Source: Chthoniobacterales bacterium
GTDB taxonomy: Bacteria > Verrucomicrobiota > Verrucomicrobiia > Chthoniobacterales > Chthoniobacteraceae
DNA length: 64,000 nt
Reading direction: 5' to 3'
Assembly (NCBI GenBank): GCA_038207335.1
Contig: JBBQZX010000004.1
Span: 160,001 to 224,000, forward strand
This document shows, one piece after another, positions 9,717-19,575 of the stretch; the first letter of the stretch is position 1; each line of letters starts with the position of its first letter. The notes under the pieces are model-generated. The model was not told where the DNA came from and did not search any database. It saw nothing but the letters and a program-made list of their open reading frames with translations. A program made the position numbers and the translations under genes.

Positions 9717-11921
9717 TTAGAACGCTCCCGCAGCTTTTCTTCCGACCCAAAAAACTCCCAGCAGCAGCACCAGTCCGCCCGCCCACGCGGGGTGCGCCCA
9801 CAGTTGCACGCGCCGCTCCTGCACCTGCGGCGGCGGCAGCGCCGCGATCGCCGCCACCACCGCCGCCGGGTCCGCGCTTTCGATCACCCGCCCGCGTGTG
9901 AGCTGCGCGATCTCGCGGAGCACGTCGAATTTCCCCGGCTGCCCGCGCTTCTCCCGGCTCGTCCCCTGCACCGAGACCACCGCGTCCAGCGCGCTCCCCG
10001 CATCCGCACACGTCAGCCGCACGCGATGCTCCCCCGGCTCGCCCGGCGTGAACGTCCCCGTGAAAAGCCCCCACGCATCCGACCCCGCCGGCGGCAGACG
10101 TACGCTCGAGATTTTCCCCGACGGCGCAGTGATCTGCGCGATCACCGTCCCATCGCGCAACGGCTCGCCCGTCAGCCCGATCACGTTGGCATTCAGCGTC
10201 AGCACCGCCCCGGCGATCGGCCGATCCGGCGAGTAGAAAAGCCGCATCTTTTCCCCCTGCGACATATTCCGCTGATACGCCATCCACCGCACGACCTGTC
10301 CCCAGAAACGGTAGTGGTAGCGATCCTCCACGCCCTTTCGCCAGCGCCACGCGCCATCCGTCCCCATGAAGAGAATCTTCCCCGCCCCGTGCGTCTTCGT
10401 CACCAGCAGCGGCACGCGGCCAAAGCGATTCGTCTCCGTCCCGTGCGTCGCCAGGATTTCCGACCCGGCCTTCGCGCGCGCCACCGGCGCATACCATTGG
10501 AAGCCCGGCAGCGTCTGCCACACCCGCGCGCTCGCCTCGTCCGTGTCGTCGAGCTTCGTTAAAAGCGAGCGCGTCCCGGCCTCCGTCAGCGCAAAGCGCC
10601 CCGGCGACGAAGTCCCAAATCCGCGCGGCTGCGCGTCGTCCCACACGATCGGATTCAGCTCCCCGAGCGCCGTCTCCTGCAGCGTCAGCTCCGACCCGCG
10701 CATCCCCGGCAGCAGCACCAGCCCCGCCGCCTGATCCCGCACCAGCTTCTGCACAGCCTCGCACTGCTCCGCCGTCAACTCCCCCTTTTCCACCCCCACA
10801 TCGCCCAGGAAAACCACGTCGTATTTCGACAGCTCCTCCACCTTTGGAAACCCCGCCAGATACCCGCGCCCCACCCCCGGCTTCCCGAGATCGGGATGAA
10901 AAAGCACACAATTCACCTCCACCCCCGGGTCCCGCTCCAGCGCATTCCGCAGATACCGATACTCCCAGCGCGGCGTCGATTCCACGATCAGCACCCGCAG
11001 TTGCTCCTTCCTGATCGAGAGCGGCGCCTCCATCGCATTATTCTCCACAAACCGCTCCGCCCCCGTCTTCGGCACCGTCAGCGTCACCGTCATCTCGCCC
11101 GGCCGCTCCGGCTTCCACACCATCACATCCTGCAGCCGACCCATCGCCGGGATCACCACCGACTTCGTCATCACCTCACCCGTCGAAGTCTTCATCTCCA
11201 CCGTCGCCGCCTCATCCCGCGGCAGCGAGCTCTGGATCGTGAAAGGCACGCGCAGCGGCTTCCCCGCGATCGCAAAAGTCGGCACGTCAAAGCTCGTCAG
11301 CTCCACATCCGGCAGCCGCGTCTCCGATCCCAGCGGCACCGCAAAGACCGGCACCTCCCGCATCCGCAGCCGCGTCGCCGCCTGCGCCGGAGCCTCCCCC
11401 GTGTTCCAGTCCCCATCGCTCAGCAGCGCCACCGCGCTCAGCCGCGGATACTTCTCCGCCGCCCGCAGCAGCGCCGCGTTGAGGTCCGTCCCCTCCTCCG
11501 CCGGCTGCTGGCTCGAGGAGAAAGGCTCCACCACCACATCCATCCGCCCCGCGATCTCCCGCCACGCCGCCTGCTCCGTCAGCGGCTTTGCCAGCTCCGC
11601 GCGCGACCTCGGCTCCGCCGCCGGACTCGCCGCATCCACCACATCGCGCGTCTCCATCGAGCGCGACACATCCTCCAGCACCACCAGCGTCGGCTTATTC
11701 TCCGGTTTGAAAATCTCGCGCCACTCCGGCTGATTCAGCGTCACCGCGATCACCACCGCGATCAGCAGCCGCAGCGCCTCCAGCAGCCCCGTCGAACGCC
11801 GATACCCACTACGTCTCCACGCGATCACCCCCAGCACCGCCACCACCAAAACGAACCCCACCGACACCGCGACCGAAGTCGGACTCGGCGTAAAAATGAG
11901 TGATTTGCTGGCAGCGTTCAT
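9717..11921 (-). CDS. Membrane-anchored VWA-domain protein with class-I glutamine amidotransferase-like domain
   Basis: Two N-terminal TMs; intact MIDAS (DVSRS...GTD...LSDG); PRWEYRYLRNAL, YDVVFLGDV, WRWR...RFWGQVVRW; C-terminal TM. Confidence 0.85.
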   Translation of the reverse strand: MNAASKSLIFTPSPTSVAVSVGFVLVVAVLGVIAWRRSGYRRSTGLLEALRLLIAVVIAVTLNQPEWREIFKPENKPTLVVLEDVSRSMETRDVVDAASPAAEPRSRAELAKPLTEQAAWREIAGRMDVVVEPFSSSQQPAEEGTDLNAALLRAAEKYPRLSAVALLSDGDWNTGEAPAQAATRLRMREVPVFAVPLGSETRLPDVELTSFDVPTFAIAGKPLRVPFTIQSSLPRDEAATVEMKTSTGEVMTKSVVIPAMGRLQDVMVWKPERPGEMTVTLTVPKTGAERFVENNAMEAPLSIRKEQLRVLIVESTPRWEYRYLRNALERDPGVEVNCVLFHPDLGKPGVGRGYLAGFPKVEELSKYDVVFLGDVGVEKGELTAEQCEAVQKLVRDQAAGLVLLPGMRGSELTLQETALGELNPIVWDDAQPRGFGTSSPGRFALTEAGTRSLLTKLDDTDEASARVWQTLPGFQWYAPVARAKAGSEILATHGTETNRFGRVPLLVTKTHGAGKILFMGTDGAWRWRKGVEDRYHYRFWGQVVRWMAYQRNMSQGEKMRLFYSPDRPIAGAVLTLNANVIGLTGEPLRDGTVIAQITAPSGKISSVRLPPAGSDAWGLFTGTFTPGEPGEHRVRLTCADAGSALDAVVSVQGTSREKRGQPGKFDVLREIAQLTRGRVIESADPAAVVAAIAALPPPQVQERRVQLWAHPAWAGGLVLLLGVFWVGRKAAGAF

Positions 11922-12025
11922 CGGCGTGAAATCATTCTCTACCCTAAAATCCTAAAACTGCCCGCCCTCATCCGCGCTCATTTCCAGAGCCGAATTCACG
12001 CTATTCGGCCAAACCCGCGATTGCC

Positions 12026-12227
12026 TCACAAGTCTCCGCAACGCCCCTCGCGAAAGTCACGGATGGCTCTCGTCTGTGAGAGCGTCCAGAGGTCCGGCTG
12101 CGACATCCTCCTCAAACTGTTTGTCCCACGCGACGGCGTCGAACTCTGAAAACCAATCACGGAAAGACAAAAGCTCCTGACGGGAGAGCTTGCTGACGGC
12201 AGTTTCGATTTCGAGGACGGTGCTCAT
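12026..12227 (-). pseudogene. Frameshifted small antitoxin-like gene
   Basis: MSTVLEIETAVSKLSRQELLSFRDWFSEFDAVAWDKQFEEDVAAG.LDAL..E, then one extra base near 12069; the shifted frame continues AIRDFREGRCGDL* and overlaps a GTGA. It resembles the short acidic genes that precede RelE/ParE-type toxins. No intact toxin follows. Confidence 0.6.
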
Positions 12228-12234
12228 GGCGGGT

Positions 12235-12480
12235 GGGGCGGGTGAGCCAGACGGTGTAGCCTTGGAAGACGCCCTTTTGACACGTCAGTTCCGGGTGGCC
12301 GCTGGTGAAGAGGTCGCCGGTGAGCACGGGGATGGTGGTCTGCGCGTCGGGCGGGACGATCTCAGCGCCTTCGATCCCGAGCAGGATGCCGTCGGCGGGG
12401 TCGTAATTGGCGGCGGCCTTGATCCCCGCGACCACGGTGGTGAAGAACCCGAGGAACCCTGGCTCCAGCAGAACCGGCGC
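12235..12480 (-). pseudogene. Internal fragment of a hypothetical protein gene
   Basis: Protein-like stretch EPGFLGFFTTVVAGIKAAANYDPADGILLGIEGAEIVPPD...GDLFTSGHPELTCQKGVFQGYTVWLTRP with coding-like codon use but no plausible own start, breaking abruptly into the antitoxin remnant. Confidence 0.45.
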
Positions 12481-12509
12481 AGAACTGGACTTTGCAGATG
12501 CCGGACATA

Positions 12510-12525
12510 GTGTTCGTGAGAACAC
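12510..12525. promoter_or_regulatory. LexA (SOS) box, Verrucomicrobia type TGTTC-N4-GAACA
   Basis: gTGTTCgtgaGAACAc, perfect arms, immediately before the imuA ATG at 12527. Confidence 0.85.
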
Positions 12526-12526
12526 C

Positions 12527-13243
12527 ATGTTTTCTGTCGTCACAGCTTCATCCAGTCTCTCGGCTTTTCCCGGCGATCGTGCGGGGAAGGTCGCACAGTT
12601 GCGGGCGATCCTCGCGGAAAAATTTCCGATGGTGCAGCCGAGGGCGAATGGGGTGCTGGCCACTGGGGTGCCGGAGATCGATGAGGTGGAAGGTGGGTTG
12701 CGGCGGGCTGCGCTCACGGAGTTTTCGGCGAGTTCGGGGGCGGGGGCGCTTTTTATTCGTGCGCTGTTGCGGACGATTTGTCGGGAGCGTTGTCTCGCGG
12801 CTTTGGTCGATGCAGGGCGCTCTTTCGATGCGGAGGGAGCTGGGGCGGCGGGGCTGGCGAGGCTGCTCGTCGTCTTTTCCGCGGATGGGATGCAGGCGGT
12901 GAAGGCCACGGATTTGCTGCTCCGCGATGGCAATCTTTCGCTCGTGCTGCTCGACATGCAGGCCATGCCGCCGCGCGAGTTGCAGCGCATCCCGGCGAAC
13001 ACTTGGCACCGGCTCCAGCGGCTCGCGGAGCAAACGTCGGCGGCGCTCGTGGCGCTCACGTCGCAGCCGATGATCGAGGCCGCGCAGGTGCGCATCGGCA
13101 CAGGGAAAAGCTGGACGCTCGACACGCAGCGCCGCTGGCAGCGCGATGTTGTCGCGTCCACAGCCTGGCGGGTCTTTCCGCGACGAGTGGGGGGGCGGCG
13201 GATGCCGGTTTGGGAAGATGGGCACGCGTCCGCCATCGCATGA
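12527..13243 (+). CDS. imuA: ImuA, RecA-like translesion synthesis protein
   Basis: ATGVPEIDEVEGGLRRAALTEF, degenerate P-loop (SSGAGALF), LVDAGRSFD, LVLLD; first gene before imuB-dnaE2. Start chosen just after the LexA box. Confidence 0.8.
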   Translation: MFSVVTASSSLSAFPGDRAGKVAQLRAILAEKFPMVQPRANGVLATGVPEIDEVEGGLRRAALTEFSASSGAGALFIRALLRTICRERCLAALVDAGRSFDAEGAGAAGLARLLVVFSADGMQAVKATDLLLRDGNLSLVLLDMQAMPPRELQRIPANTWHRLQRLAEQTSAALVALTSQPMIEAAQVRIGTGKSWTLDTQRRWQRDVVASTAWRVFPRRVGGRRMPVWEDGHASAIA

Positions 13244-13252
13244 GGAGGAGCC

Positions 13253-14779
13253 ATGTTCGCGGTCATTCTTTTGCCAAATTTCCGGCTGCAGGCGGCGCTT
13301 CGTTTTCGCGAGGAAATGGATGCGCTGCCGGTCGCGCTCGTGGATGAGCAGGCTCCGAAAATGGGCGTGCTCGAAGCCAGCTCCGCGGCGGCGGACGCTG
13401 GCGTGACGGCGGGGCAGACGACGCCACAGGCGCTCGCGCGATGCGAGTCGCTCGTCATCCTCACGCGTTCCCGCGCGCAGGAGCGGAGCGCGCAATCCGC
13501 GCTGCTCGAAATGGCCGCGGCGCTCTCGCCGGAAGTCGAGGCGACGGCGGATGGATTTTGCACGATCGGCCTGCAAAGCTCGCGGACAAAGGATTGGCAG
13601 GCGATGGGCACTTGCGCCATCGCCGGGCTCGCAGCGCTGAGACTCCGCGCGCAGATCGGCTTTGGCCCAAATCCCGACCTCGCATTTCTCGCCGCGCGCC
13701 GCGCCCGTCCCGTGCTCGTGGTGCAGTCGCCCACGACTTTTCTCGCCGACCTCGCGGTGCAGGAACTCGACCCCGCGCCCGAGTTGCTCGCGCTGCTACG
13801 CGACTGGGGGATCCACAATCTCGCGCAACTCACGAGCCTTCCGCGCGGCGACCTGATGGACCGGCTCGGCCCCGAAGCCGGGCGCCTGTGGGAGCGCGCG
13901 GCGGGGCGCGCGGAGCGTCCGCTGCGGCTCGTGAGAGAGGTCGAGGAATTCATCGAGGAATTCGATTTCGAGCGCGAAATCGACACGATCGAGCCGCTGC
14001 TTTTTCTGCTGCGCCGCTTCCTCGACCAGCTCGCGCTGCGGCTCAGGCAGGCGTATCGCGTGGCCGGGCAGATGGCGTTCGCGCTCCCGCTGGCGGATGG
14101 CAGCGCGCACGAGCGCATCTTCACCGTGCCGTCGCCGACCGCGGATGTGGACGTGCTTTTTCGCATCCTGCACACGCATCTCGAGGGCCTGCAGCTCCAT
14201 CACGGCGCGACCGGGATGCGGCTGCACATCGTGCCGACGCGCGCGGAGCGGCAGCAGTTCCAGCTCTTCGAGACGCCGCTGCGCGACCCGAATCGTTTTG
14301 GCGAAACGCTCGGCCGGCTCGCGGCTCTGGTCGGGAGTGAAAATGTCGGCGTCGTGCATGCGCTCGACACGCATCGGCCCGATTGCATCGAGCTGCGGCC
14401 GCCGCGTTTTCACGAACTCGATCCCGCAGCCGCGCCCGGCGAAGACCTCGCGATCGGACTGCCGCTGCGGCGCTTTCGTCCGCCGATCGCGGCGACGGTG
14501 CGCGTGATGGCGCATCATCCGGTGTGGCTCGATTCGGAGCGCGTCCGCGGCGAAATCTGCGCCTCGCTCGGGCCGTATCGCGCATCGGGCGGATGGTGGG
14601 AGAGCGATCGCTGGAGCACGGAGGAGTGGGACGTGGAGATGGAAAGCAGCGGGCTCTACCGACTCGCGCGCGTGCGGGACGAGTGGCGCGTGGAAGGCAG
14701 CTACGATGAGCCTTCGCGAGGAAATCGCCGCGGCGCCGGGGCGGTCGTGGCGATGCAAAATGGGGAACTCGCGCGATGA
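13253..14779 (+). CDS. imuB: ImuB, inactive Y-family DNA polymerase
   Basis: Y-family fold without the catalytic acidic motifs; LRDWGI...RLG; C-terminal GPYRASGGWW; strong RBS GAGGAGG. Confidence 0.9.
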   Translation: MFAVILLPNFRLQAALRFREEMDALPVALVDEQAPKMGVLEASSAAADAGVTAGQTTPQALARCESLVILTRSRAQERSAQSALLEMAAALSPEVEATADGFCTIGLQSSRTKDWQAMGTCAIAGLAALRLRAQIGFGPNPDLAFLAARRARPVLVVQSPTTFLADLAVQELDPAPELLALLRDWGIHNLAQLTSLPRGDLMDRLGPEAGRLWERAAGRAERPLRLVREVEEFIEEFDFEREIDTIEPLLFLLRRFLDQLALRLRQAYRVAGQMAFALPLADGSAHERIFTVPSPTADVDVLFRILHTHLEGLQLHHGATGMRLHIVPTRAERQQFQLFETPLRDPNRFGETLGRLAALVGSENVGVVHALDTHRPDCIELRPPRFHELDPAAAPGEDLAIGLPLRRFRPPIAATVRVMAHHPVWLDSERVRGEICASLGPYRASGGWWESDRWSTEEWDVEMESSGLYRLARVRDEWRVEGSYDEPSRGNRRGAGAVVAMQNGELAR

Positions 14780-17700
14780 ATTACGTCGAGCTCCATGCCC
14801 GCAGCGCGTGCAGTTTTTTGCGAGGTGCTTCTCACCCGGAGCATCTCGCCGAGCGCGCCTCGGAACTCGAGTTGCCCGCCGTGGCGGTGTGTGATCGCGA
14901 TGGTTTGTATGGCGCTGCGCGCTTTTTTTCCGCAGCGAAAGAGCACGGCATTCGTGCGATCGTCGGCGCGGAGTTGACGCTCGAATGCGACTCCGTGCTG
15001 CCGGTGCTAGTGCAGTCGCGCACTGGATATCGCAATCTCTGCCAGCTCATCACGCAGGCGAAATTGCGCGGCACGAAGACCGACGCGCCGGTGCGCATCG
15101 GCGAGCTCGCGGAATTCGCCGAGGGGCTCGTCGCGCTGACCGGCGACGAGGAGGGACCCGTGCGCCGAGCACTCGCGCGGAACGATGCCGCAGCCGCGCT
15201 TTCATGCGTGGAGCAGCTCACAGCGAGCTTCGGAAGCGGGAATGTCTTCATCGAAATCCAGCGCCATCTCCGCCGCGGCGAGGCGCGCGAAAATGACGCG
15301 CTGCGCGATCTCGCCGCCGCGGCGAAACTCCCGCTGCTCGCGACGAACGGCGTGCTCCACGCGACCCCTGCCGAGCGCGCCGTGCTCGACGTTTTCACCT
15401 GCGCGCGCCAGCACACGCATCTCGACGCCGCAGGCCGCTTTCTCGCGCTGAACGACGAGCGCCACCTCAAGCCCGCAGCCCGCATGACGCGGCTTTTTGC
15501 CGACACGCCGGACGCGATCGCAAACACGCTCCGGCTCGCCGACCGGCTCGATTTTTCGCTGCAAAACCTCGGCTACGAATTCCCGAAATATCGCGTGCCG
15601 GAAGGCGAGTCGATGGACTCCTTTCTGCGCAAAATGACGCTCGATGGTGCGCGCGGCCGCTACGGAAAACCCGACGCAAAAGTCCTCGCTCAAATCGACC
15701 ACGAGCTTGATCTGATCGCGCGGCTCGGCTTCAGCGGCTACTTTCTCATCGTCTGGGATCTGGTGAATTTCGCGAAGAGCGAAAACATTCTCGTGCAGGG
15801 CCGCGGCAGCGCTGCGAACAGCGTCGTCTGCTATTCGATCGGCATCACTGCGTGCGATCCGATCGCGTGCAAGCTGCTCTTTGAGCGCTTCCTTTCCGAA
15901 GGCCGCACCTCCTGGCCCGACATTGATCTCGACCTGCCGAGCGGCGACCGGCGCGAGCGCGTCATTCAGGAAGTCTATCGCCGCTACGGCCAGCACGGCG
16001 CGGCGATGACGGCGAATGTCATCTCGTTTCGCGGCAAAAGCGCGATGCGCGAAATCGGCAAGGCGCTCAATTTTCCGCCCGATGTGCTCACGCGATTTTC
16101 GCACCTTTTCGGCAGCGGCGATTTTCCGCACACGCTAGACATCGAGGCGCAGGTCGCGCAGTCGGGCATCGCCGACACGCACCCGCGCGCCGCCGCCGCG
16201 GTCGCGCTTTATGCGCGCATTTACGGCCTTCCGCGGCACCTCGGGCAGCACAGCGGCGGCATGATTATTTGCGAGGGCAAGCTGAGCGGGATCGTGCCGC
16301 TGGAGAATGCGTCGATGCCCGGCCGCGTCGTCGCGCAGTGGGACAAGGACGACTGCGAAGACCTCGGAATCATCAAGGTCGATCTGCTCGGCCTCGGAAT
16401 GATGGCTGCCATGCAGGACTCGCTGGAAATGTGCGCGGCGCGCGGACATCCCGTCGCTCTGGCGACGATTCCGAAAGACGATACCGCCACCTTCGACCTG
16501 CTCTGCCGCGCCGACACGATCGGCACTTTCCAAGTCGAAAGCCGCGCGCAAATCGCGACGCTCCCGCGCCTCCAGCCGCGCGAATTTTACGACGTCGTCG
16601 TCGAGGTCGCACTCATCCGGCCGGGGCCGATCCAAGGCAATATGGTGCATCCGTATCTCAAGCGGCGGCGCGGAGAGGAGCGTGTGGAGTTCATGGACGA
16701 GCGGCTGCGACCGGTGCTGGAGCGCACGCTCGGCATCCCACTTTTCCAAGAGCAGCTTTTGAAAATCGCGATGGTCATGGCGGGATTCACCGGCAGCGAA
16801 GCGGAGGAGCTGCGGCGCGCACTGAGCTTTCACCGCTCGCAGGAGCGGATGGAAAAAGTATGCGTAAAGTTGCGCGCCGGACTGGCCCGGAATGCTGTGC
16901 CAGCGGGCACCGCCGAGCGCATCGTGCAGTCCGTGCAGTCGTTCGCGGTCTATGGATTTCCCGAGTCGCACGCCATTTCATTCGCGCTCATCGCGTATGC
17001 GAGCTGCTGGATGAAAGTGCATCGCGCACCGGAATTTTACGCCGGACTCTTCAACAATCAGCCGATGGGATTCTACTCCGCGGCGACGCTCGCAAAGGAC
17101 GCGAAGCGGCGCGGCGTGCGCATCCGGCCGGTGAATGTTTTGGAAAGCGACTGGCTCTGCACGGTCGGCGCGGACGACTCGCTACGCCTCGGTCTCTGCT
17201 ACGTGCGCGGGCTCTCGCACGCGGATGGGGAGCGCATCCTCGCCGAGCGAAAAGCCGTGCCGTTTGCATCGCTCGTCGATTTTCAACTTCGCACGCTGCT
17301 GCCAAAAACCGCGTCGCGCGCGCTCGCGAAAGTCGGCGCGCTCAACGGCCTTAGCGCGCACCGGCGCACCGCGCAGTGGCAGGTCGAAGTCTCGCGCGCC
17401 GACGACGATTTATTTGCCACGGCGGAGTCGAGCCTCACGCCGCCGCTGCGCCCGATGAATGCGACCGAGCGGCTGAATGCCGACTACACCGGCACGACGC
17501 TGACGACCGGCCCGCATCCGATGGCGATTATCCGCGCGCGTGTGCCACACCTCTGGCGCGCGATCGATTTGGAGTCCGCGGCGAACGGCGCTCACCTCGC
17601 CATCGGCGGCATGGTCATCTGCCGGCAGCGTCCGGGCACCGCGCACGGCGTCGTCTTTATCAGCCTCGAAGATGAAACCGGCATCGCCAACGCCATCGTC

Positions 17701-17868
17701 TCCGCGCTGCTTTTTGAGAAAATGCGGCTACGAATCTCCGAAGAGCCTTACCTCGAAATTCGCGGCGACCTTCAAAAAGTCGAAGGCGTGATCCACGTCA
17801 AAGCCCGCGGGATTTTGCCCCTCTTCATGGAGGAAATTGCAGCCGTACCCTCACACGATTTTCACTAG
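14776..17868 (+). CDS. dnaE2: Error-prone DNA polymerase III alpha DnaE2 (ImuC)
   Basis: YVELHARS (PHP), GRGSAANS, PDIDLD, PRHLGQHSGG, KVDLLGLG, YGFPESHA, RQRPGTA, C-terminal SHDFH. Confidence 0.97.
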   Translation: MNYVELHARSACSFLRGASHPEHLAERASELELPAVAVCDRDGLYGAARFFSAAKEHGIRAIVGAELTLECDSVLPVLVQSRTGYRNLCQLITQAKLRGTKTDAPVRIGELAEFAEGLVALTGDEEGPVRRALARNDAAAALSCVEQLTASFGSGNVFIEIQRHLRRGEARENDALRDLAAAAKLPLLATNGVLHATPAERAVLDVFTCARQHTHLDAAGRFLALNDERHLKPAARMTRLFADTPDAIANTLRLADRLDFSLQNLGYEFPKYRVPEGESMDSFLRKMTLDGARGRYGKPDAKVLAQIDHELDLIARLGFSGYFLIVWDLVNFAKSENILVQGRGSAANSVVCYSIGITACDPIACKLLFERFLSEGRTSWPDIDLDLPSGDRRERVIQEVYRRYGQHGAAMTANVISFRGKSAMREIGKALNFPPDVLTRFSHLFGSGDFPHTLDIEAQVAQSGIADTHPRAAAAVALYARIYGLPRHLGQHSGGMIICEGKLSGIVPLENASMPGRVVAQWDKDDCEDLGIIKVDLLGLGMMAAMQDSLEMCAARGHPVALATIPKDDTATFDLLCRADTIGTFQVESRAQIATLPRLQPREFYDVVVEVALIRPGPIQGNMVHPYLKRRRGEERVEFMDERLRPVLERTLGIPLFQEQLLKIAMVMAGFTGSEAEELRRALSFHRSQERMEKVCVKLRAGLARNAVPAGTAERIVQSVQSFAVYGFPESHAISFALIAYASCWMKVHRAPEFYAGLFNNQPMGFYSAATLAKDAKRRGVRIRPVNVLESDWLCTVGADDSLRLGLCYVRGLSHADGERILAERKAVPFASLVDFQLRTLLPKTASRALAKVGALNGLSAHRRTAQWQVEVSRADDDLFATAESSLTPPLRPMNATERLNADYTGTTLTTGPHPMAIIRARVPHLWRAIDLESAANGAHLAIGGMVICRQRPGTAHGVVFISLEDETGIANAIVSALLFEKMRLRISEEPYLEIRGDLQKVEGVIHVKARGILPLFMEEIAAVPSHDFH

Positions 17869-17930
17869 GTGCTGGTCGGTGCAGCTTCCACCGCGGCCAT
17901 CGTCAGCATTCACGAAACCTGACGGATGTG

Positions 17931-18701
17931 TCAGTCCACCCAGATTCCGCGATACACTTTGGGCGCGGCTTTTTCCCGCCGGTCGCCGTAGAAAGGCTGG
18001 AGGGGTGGGCCTCCACGGCCGGGGAGGAGGCGCATACGGCTTAGCGTTTCGAGGTCGAGGCGACCGGTGAGCGGGAGGCGGTTGCGCTGCTGGTAGCCGA
18101 GGAGAGCTTGCTCCAAATCGCCGCTCGGTGCGCCGTCGATGCGCTCGCGGAAGATGCCGTCGCGAGCGAGTAGTCGCTGTGCGTCGCTCACGGTTTTTCG
18201 CTGAACCTGCTCGGGCGCAGTGGCGAAAGGCGTGCGTGAAAAAAGCGCGGCATAATTCCCGCCAGGTGCCATCGGTGGAGGTGCGGACGGGGAAGTGCGC
18301 GACTCGTCCGGAGGCGCGGGCGGGGCTGAGGCTGGTGGCTCCGCTTGCTCCTCGCGACGGAGAAATTGCCGATCGCTTTCGGTGACCGTTTCGCCGCGGC
18401 GCAGATTCACGGGAGGCTCCGCGGAGACAGGCGGCGGCTGTCCTGCGGGAGGCGATGTTTTCCCGGCGAGGCCAAGCGATTCGAGGGTTTGCCGGGTCAG
18501 AGTTCCGGTGACTTCGAGGCCGTTGCGAATCTGGTATCGCTTGAGCGAGGCGGAGGTTTCGGTGGTTAGGTTGCCGTCCACTTCACCATAGAAAAAGCCC
18601 TCGTTCTTGAGTTCAGCCTGCGCGTTTTTTGTGAGGCTGTCAGCATGCGCGAGTGTGGTGGCGAGCAGGAGGAGGCCAGGGAGGACGAAGATTTTTTTCA
18701 T
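17931..18701 (-). CDS. Secreted protein with two peptidoglycan-binding (PG_binding_1) domains
   Basis: Signal peptide; AQAEL..GFF.GEVDG...RYQIRNGLEVTG and AQRLL..G...IDG...YQQRNRLPLTG separated by a Pro-rich linker. Confidence 0.85.
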   Translation of the reverse strand: MKKIFVLPGLLLLATTLAHADSLTKNAQAELKNEGFFYGEVDGNLTTETSASLKRYQIRNGLEVTGTLTRQTLESLGLAGKTSPPAGQPPPVSAEPPVNLRRGETVTESDRQFLRREEQAEPPASAPPAPPDESRTSPSAPPPMAPGGNYAALFSRTPFATAPEQVQRKTVSDAQRLLARDGIFRERIDGAPSGDLEQALLGYQQRNRLPLTGRLDLETLSRMRLLPGRGGPPLQPFYGDRREKAAPKVYRGIWVD

Positions 18702-18752
18702 GCGAATCCAGGCGCTTTGACGCCGCGCGGTCGCGGGATATTCACGCCGAAA

Positions 18753-19571
18753 TCAAGGCGAGACGCGGGCGAGACGGGTAGGCCGGTCGTCGCGAGGTTT
18801 CGCTTTTTCAAAACGCATGATGCCCTCCGCAATGGCGGACGCGAGGCGATCGCGATAGGCGGGAGCGGAGAGAAGCCGTGCGTCGAAAACATTGCTCAAA
18901 AATCCACCCTCGACGAGCACCGCCGGCGCGCGGACGTGCCGCACGACGTAGAGGGCTCGGCTGCCAATGCCGCGGTTTGTCGAACTGGTGCGATCAACGA
19001 GCGCGGTCTGGATGAAGGCGGCGAGTTCCTCGCCGTTGTCGAGCGCGGGCGGCTCGGGCGAGCTGAAGAATCCGACCCACGTCCATGCGTTTTCAGGGAG
19101 CACTTTTTCGCGAGCGTAGAATGTCTCCACGCCACTGGCTTCCGAGGCTGAGCTTTGATTGAAGTGGATGCTGACGAAGATCGAATGGTCGATGCGGTTC
19201 GCCAGGTCGGCGCGCTCTTCGAGGCTGACGTGCGTGTCGTCGGTGCGCGTCATTTTTGTCGGGAAGCCGAAGCTTTTGAGCACTTCGGCGAGACGCTTCG
19301 CGACATCGAGCGTGAGGTTTTTCTCGACGAACCCATTGGCCTGCGCACCGTCGTCGCGACCACCGTGGCCGGCATCGATGACGATGGTCGGGAGCCTGCC
19401 GAGCGCCTCGGAAATTCGGCCCGGCGCCGGTTCGTCATCGGGCGCGATGACGAAGGTCAGGCACCCGGCGAGAACGACGAGCCCGACGCATGGCATCGAG
19501 TTTTTCACGGAAAAAAAGTGCCATATCCGCCGCGAGAAGCGAGGCCAGAAATGAGGGCGGCTGTGGGACAT
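18753..19571 (-). CDS. N-acetylmuramoyl-L-alanine amidase (Amidase_3)
   Basis: IDAGHGG..GA, EK, LEERADLAN, SIHFN, AVLVEGGFLSN; N-terminal hydrophobic anchor. Confidence 0.93.
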   Translation of the reverse strand: MSHSRPHFWPRFSRRIWHFFSVKNSMPCVGLVVLAGCLTFVIAPDDEPAPGRISEALGRLPTIVIDAGHGGRDDGAQANGFVEKNLTLDVAKRLAEVLKSFGFPTKMTRTDDTHVSLEERADLANRIDHSIFVSIHFNQSSASEASGVETFYAREKVLPENAWTWVGFFSSPEPPALDNGEELAAFIQTALVDRTSSTNRGIGSRALYVVRHVRAPAVLVEGGFLSNVFDARLLSAPAYRDRLASAIAEGIMRFEKAKPRDDRPTRLARVSP

Positions 19572-19575
19572 ACGC

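Noticed and set aside
12157..14175. 672-aa minus-strand ORF
   Set aside because: Antisense to imuA/imuB; only about 12235-12480 looks protein-like and is kept as a fragment.
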